Source of the DNA: Candidatus Micrarchaeota archaeon
GTDB lineage: Archaea > Micrarchaeota > Micrarchaeia > Anstonellales > JAHKLY01
Direction of reading: 5' to 3'
Assembly: GCA_020854825.1 (NCBI GenBank)
Contig: JAHKLY010000005.1
Coordinates: forward strand, 1 to 52,833
Length of the DNA: 52,833 nucleotides
Positions 1-10,194 of the stretch are shown here, piece after piece (the first letter of the stretch is position 1; each line of letters starts with the position of its first letter). The notes under the pieces are model-generated. The model did no database searches and was not told the origin of the DNA. It worked only from the letters and a program-made list of their open reading frames with translations. A program made the position numbers and the translations under genes.

Positions 1-216
1 ATGTGGCCTAAGTATATTTGGTATTCCATAGGAATATTCAACTTTTTCAATTTTTTTGATTTCAATTTCCGTATCTATATTAACCCCCATCAAAAAATAC
101 AAAGGGAAAAATATAATTTCGTTTATTGAAGCAAGAGCTCCAAGAATCCCGGTCCTTTCAAGTCTAATTATGTCTCCCTCAATAATAATTTTCCCAGTTT
201 TAGTTTCAGCATTCAT
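1..216 (-). CDS. Hypothetical protein, partial (runs off the window start)
   Basis: Manually translated: MNAETKTGKIIIEGDIIRLERTG...IEIKKIEKVEYSYG; open to position 1; not in the ORF track. Confidence 0.6.
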   Translation of the reverse strand, partial: MNAETKTGKIIIEGDIIRLERTGILGALASINEIIFFPLYFLMGVNIDTEIEIKKIEKVEYSYGIPNILRPH

Positions 217-527
217 GTTTATAGATACATACAGATATTTTTAAATACCGAGCACCCATCCCACATAACATCAGTGCTCCAGGTTCTGAAAAAAAATCCT
301 GACAATTATCCTATAATTATCTCTTTTTTACTATCTTTCCTACTTATTCAAAAGCACTGCCAAAAAATCAAAACAAAAACAAAGGAAACAAAACAAAGTT
401 TAATTGATAAACAAGGTTTAAAAAATAAATAAAGTTTAAATAATTAATGTCTAACAAAAAAGGTATAACTAATTAAGATTTAAAGGATAAATAAAATACA
501 AAACAAAAAACAAGAAAAAGAAAAAAA

Positions 528-719
528 CTATTTCTTTTTTCTTTTTGTATAAGCTAGTACTCCCCAAATTCCAAAAATAAAAAATCCAATCATTAATAAA
601 AATCCTATAGTAGGAAGTGCGCTTTCTTTTATCCCAGAAGACATTTGAAACATAAATGATCCAAAGGAAATAACAAAACAAAGTATTGCAATCCCAAATA
701 ATTTAGCATATTTTTCCAT
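528..719 (-). CDS. Small membrane protein with two predicted TM helices
   Basis: 63 aa with two hydrophobic stretches and a basic tail; GGTGA SD-like motif upstream. Confidence 0.6.
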   Translation of the reverse strand: MEKYAKLFGIAILCFVISFGSFMFQMSSGIKESALPTIGFLLMIGFFIFGIWGVLAYTKRKKK

Positions 720-781
720 AAAATCACCAAATTAATTTAATCATATATATATTCTTTTCTATACTCTCAAAATCTATACTC

Positions 782-1786
782 TCAAAAACGTATGAACATT
801 GCATCTCCAAATGAGTAAAACCTATATTTATACTTTATAGCGCTTTCATAAATATCGTGCCATTTATCTCCTATAAGAGAAGCGACTAATAAAAGCAAAC
901 TAGTGCGCGGAAGATGAAAATTAGTTATTAAACCATCAAAATTAAGATTAAACTTATAGCCTGGATAAACAAATAAAGAAGTTTCTTTAGCGCAAGCCTT
1001 AACTTTACCATTTTTTTGAGATGCACTTTCTAATGCACGTAATGATGTAGTACCAACTACATATAAAGCGCCTTTTCGTTTATTTATACTATCGGCTGTT
1101 TTTTTAGATATTTCAAACCATTCTGAATGCATTTTATATTTAGTATAATCTTCATCTCTTATTTCAGCAAAAGTACCTAATCCTACATGTAAACAAACTT
1201 TTTCAACATTAATTCCTTTTTCTTCTAGCCTATCAAGTAATGTTTTACTAAAATGTAATCCTGCAGTTGGTGCAGCAACTGATCCATCTTTAAAAGCAAA
1301 AACAGTTTGATACCTCTTTCTATCATAAGATTCATTATGTATATACCCTGGTAAAGTGAAATCTCCCTTTTGTTTAAGAACTTCTTCAATAGATTGATTA
1401 AAATTTAATAAAAAATGAAAATCAATTTTAGATACAATCTCTGCAATTACTCCGTCTTGAAAAAATAATTTATTACCAATTTGTGGATTTTTACATTTAA
1501 CAAACGCTTCATACTGTTTAGAAGATTTTTTATTTATTATAGTTATTGATACATGCCCCCCAGATTCCTTTTGTCCTTCTAATTTAGTATTGACTACTTT
1601 AGTTTCATTAACTACAAGTATATCTCCTTTTTTTAAATACTCAATAAGTTCAAAAAAGTTTCTATGGTTTATTTTACCCTCTTTAAAATCATAAATTAAC
1701 AAACGTGATTCATGTCTTTTATTAACTGGATTTTGCGCAATTAATTCTGAAGGCAAATTATAATAGTATTGATTTATTGATTTCAT
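782..1786 (-). CDS. queA: S-adenosylmethionine:tRNA ribosyltransferase-isomerase
   Basis: Motifs LPSELIAQ, RYQTVFA, GSVAAPTAGLHF, LHVGLGTF, VGTTSLRALES, TNFHLP, YRFYSFGDAM. Confidence 0.96.
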   Translation of the reverse strand: MKSINQYYYNLPSELIAQNPVNKRHESRLLIYDFKEGKINHRNFFELIEYLKKGDILVVNETKVVNTKLEGQKESGGHVSITIINKKSSKQYEAFVKCKNPQIGNKLFFQDGVIAEIVSKIDFHFLLNFNQSIEEVLKQKGDFTLPGYIHNESYDRKRYQTVFAFKDGSVAAPTAGLHFSKTLLDRLEEKGINVEKVCLHVGLGTFAEIRDEDYTKYKMHSEWFEISKKTADSINKRKGALYVVGTTSLRALESASQKNGKVKACAKETSLFVYPGYKFNLNFDGLITNFHLPRTSLLLLVASLIGDKWHDIYESAIKYKYRFYSFGDAMFIRF

Positions 1787-1907
1787 AATCTCACTTTTAA
1801 GAAAATTATACTAAAATAGACCCTTCAGAGTTTAAAAAGGTATATATACTAACCCCAATATGGATACCCTAGTATCTAGTAAAATAATATTAATAATAAA
1901 TACTAAT

Positions 1908-2564
1908 TTAATAGTCAAAATCAGCAGGTAAATATGAAATATCTTTGATTATCTTATCTGCACTTGATAATTTATCTTTAGGATTAGTTGTTTCAACTGC
2001 TATACAATACGCGCCAGAATCTTTTGCAGCTTTTAAACCTTGAATAGAATCTTCAATAATAACTGTTTCATGCGCTTTGACACCTAGTTTTTTCATAGTT
2101 TTTAAATAAATCTCAGGATTAGGTTTTCCGTTAACAACATCTTCACCAGAATATAAAACCTCAAAATATTTTCTAATATGAAATTTATTAACAACTAAAT
2201 CCATTAACTGCTTAAAAGAAGAAGTTGCAATTGCTAATTTATATCCTTTTTTATTAAGCTCAATTATTTTCTCTTTAGCTTTTGGAAATAATTCTAATTT
2301 ATCTTTAGCAGTTTCAATGAATAATTTTCTTCTTCTTTGAATAGCTTTTTGATTTAAATCTTCTAATTCTTTACCTTTATGTCCTTTTTTCTCTAAAAAA
2401 GGTTTGAAAACCTCATCTTCTGTCTTCCCAATAATTATTGAATATAGTTTATCATCCATAGGGATATCAAATTCTTTATATACTCGAAAATTTATAATTT
2501 TCCAAATAGGTTCTGAATCTACTATAACTCCATCCATATCAAAAATTATTGCTTTCATATACAT
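1908..2564 (-). CDS. HAD-superfamily phosphatase (beta-PGM-like)
   Basis: FDMDGVIVDSE, ATSS, GKPNPEIY, IEDS; start is 2564 or 2558. Confidence 0.9.
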   Translation of the reverse strand: MYMKAIIFDMDGVIVDSEPIWKIINFRVYKEFDIPMDDKLYSIIIGKTEDEVFKPFLEKKGHKGKELEDLNQKAIQRRRKLFIETAKDKLELFPKAKEKIIELNKKGYKLAIATSSFKQLMDLVVNKFHIRKYFEVLYSGEDVVNGKPNPEIYLKTMKKLGVKAHETVIIEDSIQGLKAAKDSGAYCIAVETTNPKDKLSSADKIIKDISYLPADFDY

Positions 2565-3100
2565 TACCAAGGTACATTTTTTAATTTAAAAATATATGCA
2601 AGTAAATTTGCTATTTTATGGAGTGTAAATGTTATTATAATTAAAATCAATACGTCTACAAAGGATAATGTGAATAGAAGACTATCAAAAACAAAACTTC
2701 CAAATAGCAAGGCTATTAAAAGAAAAATTATTTCATCAATAAAAAACATAGACGTGCCCCTTTCTCTATTAAATCTTCTTTTTAGAAAACTTCCGCAAAG
2801 ATCTCCAAAAATAGCACCAAAACCTAATAATACTCCTGAATAAATATATGACATCTGAGAATTAAATATATTATATGGAGTATTAAAAATAAACAAACCT
2901 AATATTCCACCTATAAAAAATCCACCAACAACCGCAGATACAAATCCCCTAACTGTTTTACCAGGACCAAATATTCTCTTTCCGTCTATGAAATTTTTAT
3001 TTAAATCAATAGGAGTTCCATGCCCCAATAATACAGGTAAAGAATTTGCTACATATGCGGGCAAAATAAATATAAATAATTGAATAAAATGAAAAACCAT
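2564..3100 (-). CDS. carS: CDP-archaeol synthase
   Basis: PAYVAN, PID...DGKRIFGPGKTVRG, GDLCGSFLKRR; multiple TM segments. Confidence 0.92.
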   Translation of the reverse strand: MVFHFIQLFIFILPAYVANSLPVLLGHGTPIDLNKNFIDGKRIFGPGKTVRGFVSAVVGGFFIGGILGLFIFNTPYNIFNSQMSYIYSGVLLGFGAIFGDLCGSFLKRRFNRERGTSMFFIDEIIFLLIALLFGSFVFDSLLFTLSFVDVLILIIITFTLHKIANLLAYIFKLKNVPW

Positions 3101-3133
3101 ATATTTATAATAATAAAAAGTATTAAATTGCTT

Positions 3134-3496
3134 ATGAAAAAGAAAAAAACCAAAAAAACTGATAAAATTTTCGTTTTAGTAATAATTATTATATCTATTT
3201 TAGCAATCACAGTAATAGGAATTAAAAAAACAGAAGATTTAAACAAAGAAATACCCCTTATTGAAAATAATACTAAAATAGAATTATCTAGATGTCTTGA
3301 AGGAGAAGAAAAAGAATGTATAACAGAATATAATTGTGATGGAACACAATATTGTAAAAATGGAAAATGGACTAATTGCTACAAAAATAAAGTTGTGTGC
3401 ATACCTAGCAAAGAATACACTTGTGCATTAACTCCTTGTTTATCTGGTACAAAAGTATGCAACGACTGCGGAACAGGTTGGGAAAAATGTAAATAA
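3134..3496 (+). CDS. Small Cys-rich membrane-anchored protein
   Basis: Basic N-terminus, one TM helix, repeated CxxGxxxC...W..C units; ATG at 3134 preferred. Confidence 0.7.
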   Translation: MKKKKTKKTDKIFVLVIIIISILAITVIGIKKTEDLNKEIPLIENNTKIELSRCLEGEEKECITEYNCDGTQYCKNGKWTNCYKNKVVCIPSKEYTCALTPCLSGTKVCNDCGTGWEKCK

Positions 3497-3564
3497 GGCT
3501 ACCAAACATAGGTTTAAATACATTAATTTAGTAAAAATATATAGAAGTTAAAAGGTAGATAGAT

Positions 3565-6372
3565 ATGAAAAAAATTAATGAAGCAGAGTGGCAAGTAGAT
3601 AAAGAAGGAAACATGAAAGTACCTATAACTATTATTGGAACAGAAAAAATTGTTGAACAAATGAAGAGAGATAGAACATTAAATCAAATAAAAAATGTAG
3701 CTTCATTACCTGGAATTGTCAAACACGCATTAGTAATGCCTGATGGACACGAAGGGTATGGTTTCCCTATCGGCGGAGTTGCTGCATTTGACATAGAAAA
3801 TGGAATTATTTCCCCAGGGGGAGTCGGCTATGACATTAACTGCTTAACTGGGAATACAAAAATCCCAACTCCATATGGTTGGTATATGTCTATCAAAGAG
3901 CATAATTTTTTATCAAATATAGAACTAACAACTAATGGGAATACCTATCTTTTTAGTACAACCCAAACATATTCAGTATTATCAAAACAAGGAATATCTA
4001 AAGTTAAAAATTTTATGTATAGGGAACACAAAGGAAAAATATATAAAATAAAAAGTACTGGAGGGACTATAACTTGTACTGGTGAGCATCCTATTTATAC
4101 AACAGAAGGAAAAAAATGTGCAAAAAATATAAATACAGAACAAGGTATACTCACAAATCCAATTATTGGAGTAGAATATAAAAAATATAAAAGTTTGGAA
4201 GAAGACAAAAGATTATCTATAATTACAAAAATATTTGGATATCTTATAGGAGACGGTGTTGTTTACAAATCTAACAATAAATTTTATGCTGTTGCATATG
4301 GTAAAGAAGAAGATCTAAAAAAAATGATGACTGATCTAAAATCTATTGGATACGCTTCAAAAACATATCATAGACTAAGAACCCATAATATAAATGGAAA
4401 ACAATTTGAAGCAGATAATTGGGAATTACATATTTACTCAAAAGAGTTTATTAATGAATTGATTGGTTTGGGGATGCCTTTAGGAAATAAAACTAAAACT
4501 ACTACTAACATTCCAAATTGGATAATGGAAGGTCCTCTTTGGATAAAAAGACAATTTTTGGCAGGATATTTTGGAGCTGAAATGTCTAAACCAAAAAGCA
4601 TGAGTAAAACCTGTTTATATTTACCAGATGTAACTATGACAAAAGAAGCGAAGAATGAAAATAATCTTAGATTTTTTATGCTGCAACTCAGTAAAATTTT
4701 AGAAGAATTTGAAATTGAAGTATCTAAAATAACAACAGTTGAAAAAGATAGTAAAAAAATTCGGATGAGAATTCTTATTAATGGTAAAGCTGAAAATCTA
4801 ATAAAACTTTATTCAAAAATAGGTTTTGAATATAATAAAAAAAGAGAATTTTTAGCAAAATGTGCAATATTATATTTAAGAAAAAAAATTAAACATAGAA
4901 AAGAAAGGAGTGAATTAGCAAAATGGATAAAAAAGAAAAGGAAGCAAGGTTTTAAATCAAAGGAACTTAAAAAAATATTAAAAGGAGAAATAAATAATAG
5001 ATTCATTGAACGTGCATTATATGAAAATGCAGGAACACGAATCTCATTAAATTTTCCTTCTTTTGAAGAATTTGTAAAAAAACAAAAAGGTTACTTGAGA
5101 ATATATGGTGCATTAGTGGCAGAAATTGATACAATAAAAGAAAAAGAATACAAAGGCAAAGTATATGATTTCACTATAGAAAAAGATCATAATTTTGTTG
5201 CTAATGGAATTATTGTATCTAACTGCGGGGTAAGGTTAGTTACAACTGGTTTAACTGTGGAACAAGTTACTCCTAAATTAGATGAATTAATCAAAAAACT
5301 CTTCAATAATGTACCTTCGGGAGTAGGTGCAAAAAGTAAATTAAGAGTGGATGAAACTCAATTAAAAAATGCTTTAATAAATGGAGTACAATGGGCGGTT
5401 AAAAATGGATATGGTAGAGAAGAAGATATTGAACATTGTGAAGAATATGGAAAAATGGAAGGTGCAGATCCATCTGCAGTATCTAAAAACGCCATGAAAA
5501 GAGGAAAACCTCAATTTGGAACACTAGGTGCAGGAAACCATTTCTTAGAAATTCAAAAAGTTGATGAAATAGTATTACCAGATATTGCTGAGAAATTCAA
5601 ATTAAAAAAAGATGAAGTAGTTGTAATGATACATTGCGGTTCAAGAGGATTTGGCCATCAAGTATGCGGAGACTACATTGACATTATGCTTAGGGCCTCT
5701 GAAAAATATAAAATAAATTTACCAGATAGAGAATTATGTTGTGCACCTTTAAAATCAGAAGAAGCTCAAAATTATTTGAAAGCTATGAAGTGTGCTGTTA
5801 ATTATGCATTCACAAACAGACAAGTAATAATGCATTGGGTAAGAGAAACTTTTGATGAAGTATTTGGGAATAAAACAAGTGAAAATATGCACTTAGTTTA
5901 TGATGTTGCACATAATATTGCAAAAATAGAAGAACATGAAGTAGACGGGAAAACAATGAAAGTATGTGTACACAGAAAAGGAGCAACAAGAGCCTTTGCA
6001 AAAGGAAGAAAAGAATTACCTAAAACATATATAGACATTGGACAACCGGTTTTAATACCTGGAAGTATGGGAACAGCATCTTATGTACTAGTAGGAAAAG
6101 AAAAAGGAATGCAAGTTTCATTTGGATCAACCTGCCACGGTGCGGGAAGAGTAATGTCTAGATCTGAAGCAATAAGATCATTTACATTTGATCAAGTTAA
6201 AAAAGAAATGGAAAATAAAGGAATAAAATTATTAGCTGCAGACAAAACCGTAGCACAAGAAGAAGCATCTGGAGCATACAAAGACGTAGACGAAGTAGTT
6301 AAAAGCGTTGCATTATCCGGCATAAGTGATATTGTTGTAAAATTAAAACCAATAGGTGTTGTAAAAGGTTGA
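3565..6372 (+). CDS. rtcB: RNA-splicing ligase RtcB with intein
   Basis: MPDGHEGYGFPIGGV, GYDIN/CGVR, GTLGAGNHF, HRKGAT, PGSMG, CHGAGR, GAYKD, PIGVVKG. Confidence 0.96.
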   Translation: MKKINEAEWQVDKEGNMKVPITIIGTEKIVEQMKRDRTLNQIKNVASLPGIVKHALVMPDGHEGYGFPIGGVAAFDIENGIISPGGVGYDINCLTGNTKIPTPYGWYMSIKEHNFLSNIELTTNGNTYLFSTTQTYSVLSKQGISKVKNFMYREHKGKIYKIKSTGGTITCTGEHPIYTTEGKKCAKNINTEQGILTNPIIGVEYKKYKSLEEDKRLSIITKIFGYLIGDGVVYKSNNKFYAVAYGKEEDLKKMMTDLKSIGYASKTYHRLRTHNINGKQFEADNWELHIYSKEFINELIGLGMPLGNKTKTTTNIPNWIMEGPLWIKRQFLAGYFGAEMSKPKSMSKTCLYLPDVTMTKEAKNENNLRFFMLQLSKILEEFEIEVSKITTVEKDSKKIRMRILINGKAENLIKLYSKIGFEYNKKREFLAKCAILYLRKKIKHRKERSELAKWIKKKRKQGFKSKELKKILKGEINNRFIERALYENAGTRISLNFPSFEEFVKKQKGYLRIYGALVAEIDTIKEKEYKGKVYDFTIEKDHNFVANGIIVSNCGVRLVTTGLTVEQVTPKLDELIKKLFNNVPSGVGAKSKLRVDETQLKNALINGVQWAVKNGYGREEDIEHCEEYGKMEGADPSAVSKNAMKRGKPQFGTLGAGNHFLEIQKVDEIVLPDIAEKFKLKKDEVVVMIHCGSRGFGHQVCGDYIDIMLRASEKYKINLPDRELCCAPLKSEEAQNYLKAMKCAVNYAFTNRQVIMHWVRETFDEVFGNKTSENMHLVYDVAHNIAKIEEHEVDGKTMKVCVHRKGATRAFAKGRKELPKTYIDIGQPVLIPGSMGTASYVLVGKEKGMQVSFGSTCHGAGRVMSRSEAIRSFTFDQVKKEMENKGIKLLAADKTVAQEEASGAYKDVDEVVKSVALSGISDIVVKLKPIGVVKG
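3841..5223 (+). mobile_element. Intein (461 aa) with LAGLIDADG homing-endonuclease domain
   Basis: Starts CLTGNTKI; block B TGEHPI; LAGLIDADG-like FGYLIGDG and FLAGYFGAE; ends VYDFTIEKDHNFVANGIIVSN, followed by Cys+1. Confidence 0.93.
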
Positions 6373-6382
6373 GGTGAAATAA

Positions 6383-7255
6383 ATGGAGATATCAATAGTA
6401 CAAATAATAAAAAATAGTATAAATTTATTTAAAAAATATAAAAAACAAATAATTATGCCTTTTGTAATTATTTTTTTACTTTCATTAACTCTATCTGTCA
6501 TGAGTAATGATTTAAATAAAATGAATGAAGAAATAACAAATACTTCACAAACAAATCCAGATACTCTATCTGTCATGAGTAATGATTTAAATAAAATGAA
6601 TGAAGAAATAACAAATACTTCACAAACAAATCCAGATTTAGCAATATCAAGGATAGGAGAAGATTTAGGATTTTCAATTTTAATTATGATCTTAAGTATT
6701 ATTTTTGGATTTATAAATCAAATGCTTGAGTTCTCTGTATATACTCCAATACAAGAAACAATGAAAAAGACAAAAATAAGTAATTGGAAAACACATTTTA
6801 AAAAACAATTTATTAATACACTTAAACAACTTGTTATTTCTATAATTATATTTATAACTTTAATATTAGGAATCGTTTTAATACTCCTCGGAGCATTCCT
6901 TAATGATTTAATAACCTTTGGGATATTAGGAGGTATATGCATATTAATTTACTTAATCTTACTATTTGTAACAATGTTTTCAAGTTATTATATAGTACTT
7001 AAAAACTCAGGGATCACTAAATCAATTAACTTAAGCTATAAGACAGTAAAAAACAATTTTAAAATCTGCCTATCCTTTATACTAGTATGGGGACTAATAC
7101 TACTAACCTTGAGTTTACTGTATATAATTATAATATTTTTAACAGGAGAAATTCCAACCTATTTATATTATATATCTATCTTTATATCTGCTTTATTTAT
7201 TAATCCAATTCTATTAATCTCATATATTGGATTAGGGGATAAATTAGTAAAATAA
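6383..7255 (+). CDS. Multi-pass membrane protein
   Basis: 290 aa with about 6 hydrophobic helices; internal 25-aa tandem repeat. Confidence 0.8.
   Translation: MEISIVQIIKNSINLFKKYKKQIIMPFVIIFLLSLTLSVMSNDLNKMNEEITNTSQTNPDTLSVMSNDLNKMNEEITNTSQTNPDLAISRIGEDLGFSILIMILSIIFGFINQMLEFSVYTPIQETMKKTKISNWKTHFKKQFINTLKQLVISIIIFITLILGIVLILLGAFLNDLITFGILGGICILIYLILLFVTMFSSYYIVLKNSGITKSINLSYKTVKNNFKICLSFILVWGLILLTLSLLYIIIIFLTGEIPTYLYYISIFISALFINPILLISYIGLGDKLVK
6488..6637 (+). repeat. Exact 75-bp in-frame tandem duplication
   Basis: 6488-6562 is identical to 6563-6637 (TLSVMSNDLNKMNEEITNTSQTNPD twice). Confidence 0.95.
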
Positions 7256-7312
7256 GCCAAAAACAGGGCTCTCCTTTTTAAATTTTTTTATTGTAATAAA
7301 CTCGGCGAGAAG

Positions 7313-8074
7313 ATGTTTATTTGGGATAAAGAAGTAGAAGATATATTAAATAAATACACAAGTGTTAGCCAAGGTAAGGAGGATTTTGAAGAGTTAGAAC
7401 TTGAAAAATTAAAATTAAGACTACTTTTAAAAACAATTGAAAGTTCAAAAACACTTATGGAAGCAGAAGAAAGAGGACAACTAGCAAAGCAAAAAGTAAA
7501 TGAATTGTGTTATGCTTTTTCTTTTGCTTCATTGCTCGATAGAAAAAAGAGAATAAGAAAAAAAATTGAAAAAACTCAGGTCTTATTACAAAAACTTAAT
7601 ACTATTGATTCAAAAGGAGAATTTTATCAAGAATTACTTAAAAAAACTCATGAACGATTACATCAATATACACAAATTGAATCAAGACCACCAATTAAAA
7701 GACACACTATAGAACAAGTAGTATTAGAAGAGATTGAACACAAAATCTCAAAAGCAAAAAAACAGGTGTTATTAAGAGCTATAACTGCTCCACTAAAACC
7801 TGGAAAAGAAATAAGGATTTTATTAGATAAAAAAAATTTAATAATATTAAGTGAGTCAACAAAACTTCAATACGAAACAGAAAAATCAAAAAAAGAAATT
7901 GAAGAAATATTCAAAATTAAAGAATTGTTTGGAATCCCGATAACTAATTTAAATTCTCCATTAGTTATGGATGTAAAAAAACAAGGAAATAATATTGTTG
8001 TTAATATAATAGAAAAAATATTCGAAAAAAACCAAATTAAAACAAAAAACCACTCATTTATCCTCAAAGCATAA
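7313..8074 (+). CDS. Hypothetical protein, helical/coiled-coil rich
   Basis: 253-aa ORF; no motif recognised. Confidence 0.7.
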   Translation: MFIWDKEVEDILNKYTSVSQGKEDFEELELEKLKLRLLLKTIESSKTLMEAEERGQLAKQKVNELCYAFSFASLLDRKKRIRKKIEKTQVLLQKLNTIDSKGEFYQELLKKTHERLHQYTQIESRPPIKRHTIEQVVLEEIEHKISKAKKQVLLRAITAPLKPGKEIRILLDKKNLIILSESTKLQYETEKSKKEIEEIFKIKELFGIPITNLNSPLVMDVKKQGNNIVVNIIEKIFEKNQIKTKNHSFILKA

Positions 8075-8155
8075 GTTTAAAAACATCTATTTACTAATAA
8101 ATATATCGAGATGTGAGCTTTAAGCTTGAATCGACTAATTCAAGAGGTGAATACC

Positions 8156-8683
8156 ATGGGATTATATACATGGATAAAAAAAAGTTTTCAAAAAGAATAC
8201 AAAACAAATAGTCCAGAGTATAAAAAAAGAATTCAAGATTGGAGAAAAGAAGGTGTTATTAATTATGTTGGAAAACCAACTAATTTAGCAAGAGCAAGAT
8301 CATTAGGATATAAAGCAAAAGAAGGATATTTTGTAGTTAGAGTTAAAACTAGAAAAGGAAGAAGAGCAAGAAAAGCCCCAGTTGGGGGTAGAAAACCAAG
8401 TAAAAATTATAAATATATTTCTCCTGGAAAATCCTATCAAGCAATTGCAGAAGAAAAATCAGCAAGAAAATATCCAAATAAAGAAGTTTTAAATTCCTAT
8501 TGGGTTGGTGAAGATGGACAACACAAATATTTTGAGATTATCATGTATGATCCATTGTCTAATTCATTACCAAAAGAATTAATTAATAAAAAAGGTAGAG
8601 CATTTAGGGGATTAACAAGTACAGGTAAAAAACACAGAGGAATAAGACATAGAGGAAAAGGCACAGATAGGCCTGTACGATAG
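8156..8683 (+). CDS. rpl15e: 50S ribosomal protein L15e
   Basis: KPTNLARARSLGYKAK, VLNSYWVGEDGQHKYFE, GRAFRGLTS; GAGGTGA SD before ATG 8156. Confidence 0.96.
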   Translation: MGLYTWIKKSFQKEYKTNSPEYKKRIQDWRKEGVINYVGKPTNLARARSLGYKAKEGYFVVRVKTRKGRRARKAPVGGRKPSKNYKYISPGKSYQAIAEEKSARKYPNKEVLNSYWVGEDGQHKYFEIIMYDPLSNSLPKELINKKGRAFRGLTSTGKKHRGIRHRGKGTDRPVR

Positions 8684-8691
8684 GATCTACT

Positions 8692-9135
8692 ATGTATAAT
8701 ATAACTTTAAATAAAATAGAGAAAAAGTTTGATTATGTAGAACTTTTTCTTTATAATTCTTTTTCTATTTTTAAAACAAATAATACTAGAATCGCAGCTT
8801 CAAATTGTAAAAAAAATCAGATAATATATTTAGAAACATATGATCCTTCTATGGAGATTATTCAAAAAGCAAAGGAAAAAAAAAGTATATTTTTAATAAA
8901 TCTATTAGATATTATAAATGAGGAAGGATCAAATAGAAGTAAAACTATAAATAATATAAAATTATTTTTAAGATTATGTATAAAATACAAAGTTGAATTT
9001 ATAATGTGTTTTTTAGCTTCCAATGAATCAGAATTAAGAACATTAAAAGAAGGAATTGCGTTAGGTACGTTATTAGGTTTAAAACATAAACAAGCTAAAG
9101 ACGCATTTATAAAAATTAAAGATTTAAAGAAATAA
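8692..9135 (+). CDS. rnp3: Short RNase P protein Rpp30-like
   Basis: Lies between rpl15e and rnp2 (conserved order); ASNESELRT...LLGL C-terminal motif. Confidence 0.65.
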   Translation: MYNITLNKIEKKFDYVELFLYNSFSIFKTNNTRIAASNCKKNQIIYLETYDPSMEIIQKAKEKKSIFLINLLDIINEEGSNRSKTINNIKLFLRLCIKYKVEFIMCFLASNESELRTLKEGIALGTLLGLKHKQAKDAFIKIKDLKK

Positions 9136-9168
9136 TTTTGCTAAATCAAATTCATATAAGAGGATAAT

Positions 9169-9504
9169 ATGGGAATTAAACCAACAGTAAGAATGAAAAA
9201 AAGATATATTGCTTTTGAACTTATTGGAAAAGATGCAAATAATATAAATGAAACTGAAATCAAATATGCTTTTTATAAAATATTAAATCAATTATATGGA
9301 GAAATAGGTTTTGCTGATTTAGGTTTTAGATTAATTGAATTCAAACCAGAAACAAAAAAAGGGATAGTTCGTTTTAGAAGACAAAAATTAAATAAAGGAA
9401 TTGCTTGTTTTGCTTTTATTAAAAATATTGAAAAGTATGAAACACGTTTAAAACCTTTAAGTACAAGTGGAAGTTTAAAAAAATTAAGAGAAAGAATAAA
9501 TTAA
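9169..9504 (+). CDS. rnp2: RNase P protein Pop5
   Basis: PTVRMKKRYIAF, LYGEIG, GIVR, TSGSLKKL. Confidence 0.9.
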   Translation: MGIKPTVRMKKRYIAFELIGKDANNINETEIKYAFYKILNQLYGEIGFADLGFRLIEFKPETKKGIVRFRRQKLNKGIACFAFIKNIEKYETRLKPLSTSGSLKKLRERIN

Positions 9505-10190
9505 CAACTTTTAATTATTTTTTGTAATAATTTATTTGAACTATCTATTAATTTTGGATCAACATTCTTTATCTCCTTACTTAAATCCAATAAATATATT
9601 AACCTCTGTTTTGAAATATATCTTAAGTGTAAATACTTCATTTCTGAGATTAATCTATTTTTGTTGCTTGCTTCTTGAGATTTAATATGATAATAATGAA
9701 CTATATTGAGAAATCCTTGTAATACTCTATTAAATATTGGTTCTATTTCTTTATGTTGTTTGGTTGTTAATTCTGCATCCTTAATTACTATATTAAATAT
9801 TTCTAATGCATCCTCCAATACATATGAAGCCACCTTTGGTTTTTTGTAAAAAACAGAATAACTTGCTAAATCTACATTACAATTTAAAAGAAAAATTGTT
9901 CTTTCAACATATTCTGTATGTGAACAATTAGAATTTATTGTTAATAATTTTAAGGATCTTCTAGTTAATTCTATGGCTCTTTTGAACTTTTTACATTCTG
10001 CTGAATATTTTGCCATTTCAAACAGATGAGTAGATAAACTACATTTCGTCATCTCAGAATTTGAACCTGCTAATTTAGCACTAGTTAATTTTGCTCTTAA
10101 AAATATTTGTTTTATTCTATCAACTACTGGAATTGGATAGTAACTAGTAACTACTTTAATACAAGTTGCATCTATAAAATTATTTCTCAT
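9501..10190 (-). CDS. Hypothetical helical protein
   Basis: 229-aa ORF, GGTGA SD; no motif recognised. Confidence 0.6.
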   Translation of the reverse strand: MRNNFIDATCIKVVTSYYPIPVVDRIKQIFLRAKLTSAKLAGSNSEMTKCSLSTHLFEMAKYSAECKKFKRAIELTRRSLKLLTINSNCSHTEYVERTIFLLNCNVDLASYSVFYKKPKVASYVLEDALEIFNIVIKDAELTTKQHKEIEPIFNRVLQGFLNIVHYYHIKSQEASNKNRLISEMKYLHLRYISKQRLIYLLDLSKEIKNVDPKLIDSSNKLLQKIIKSC

Positions 10191-10194
10191 TTAA

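Noticed and set aside
279-310. preQ1-I riboswitch-like CAGG-TTCTG...CCTG near queA
   Set aside because: It is on the wrong strand and downstream of queA, and it lacks the A-rich 3' tail
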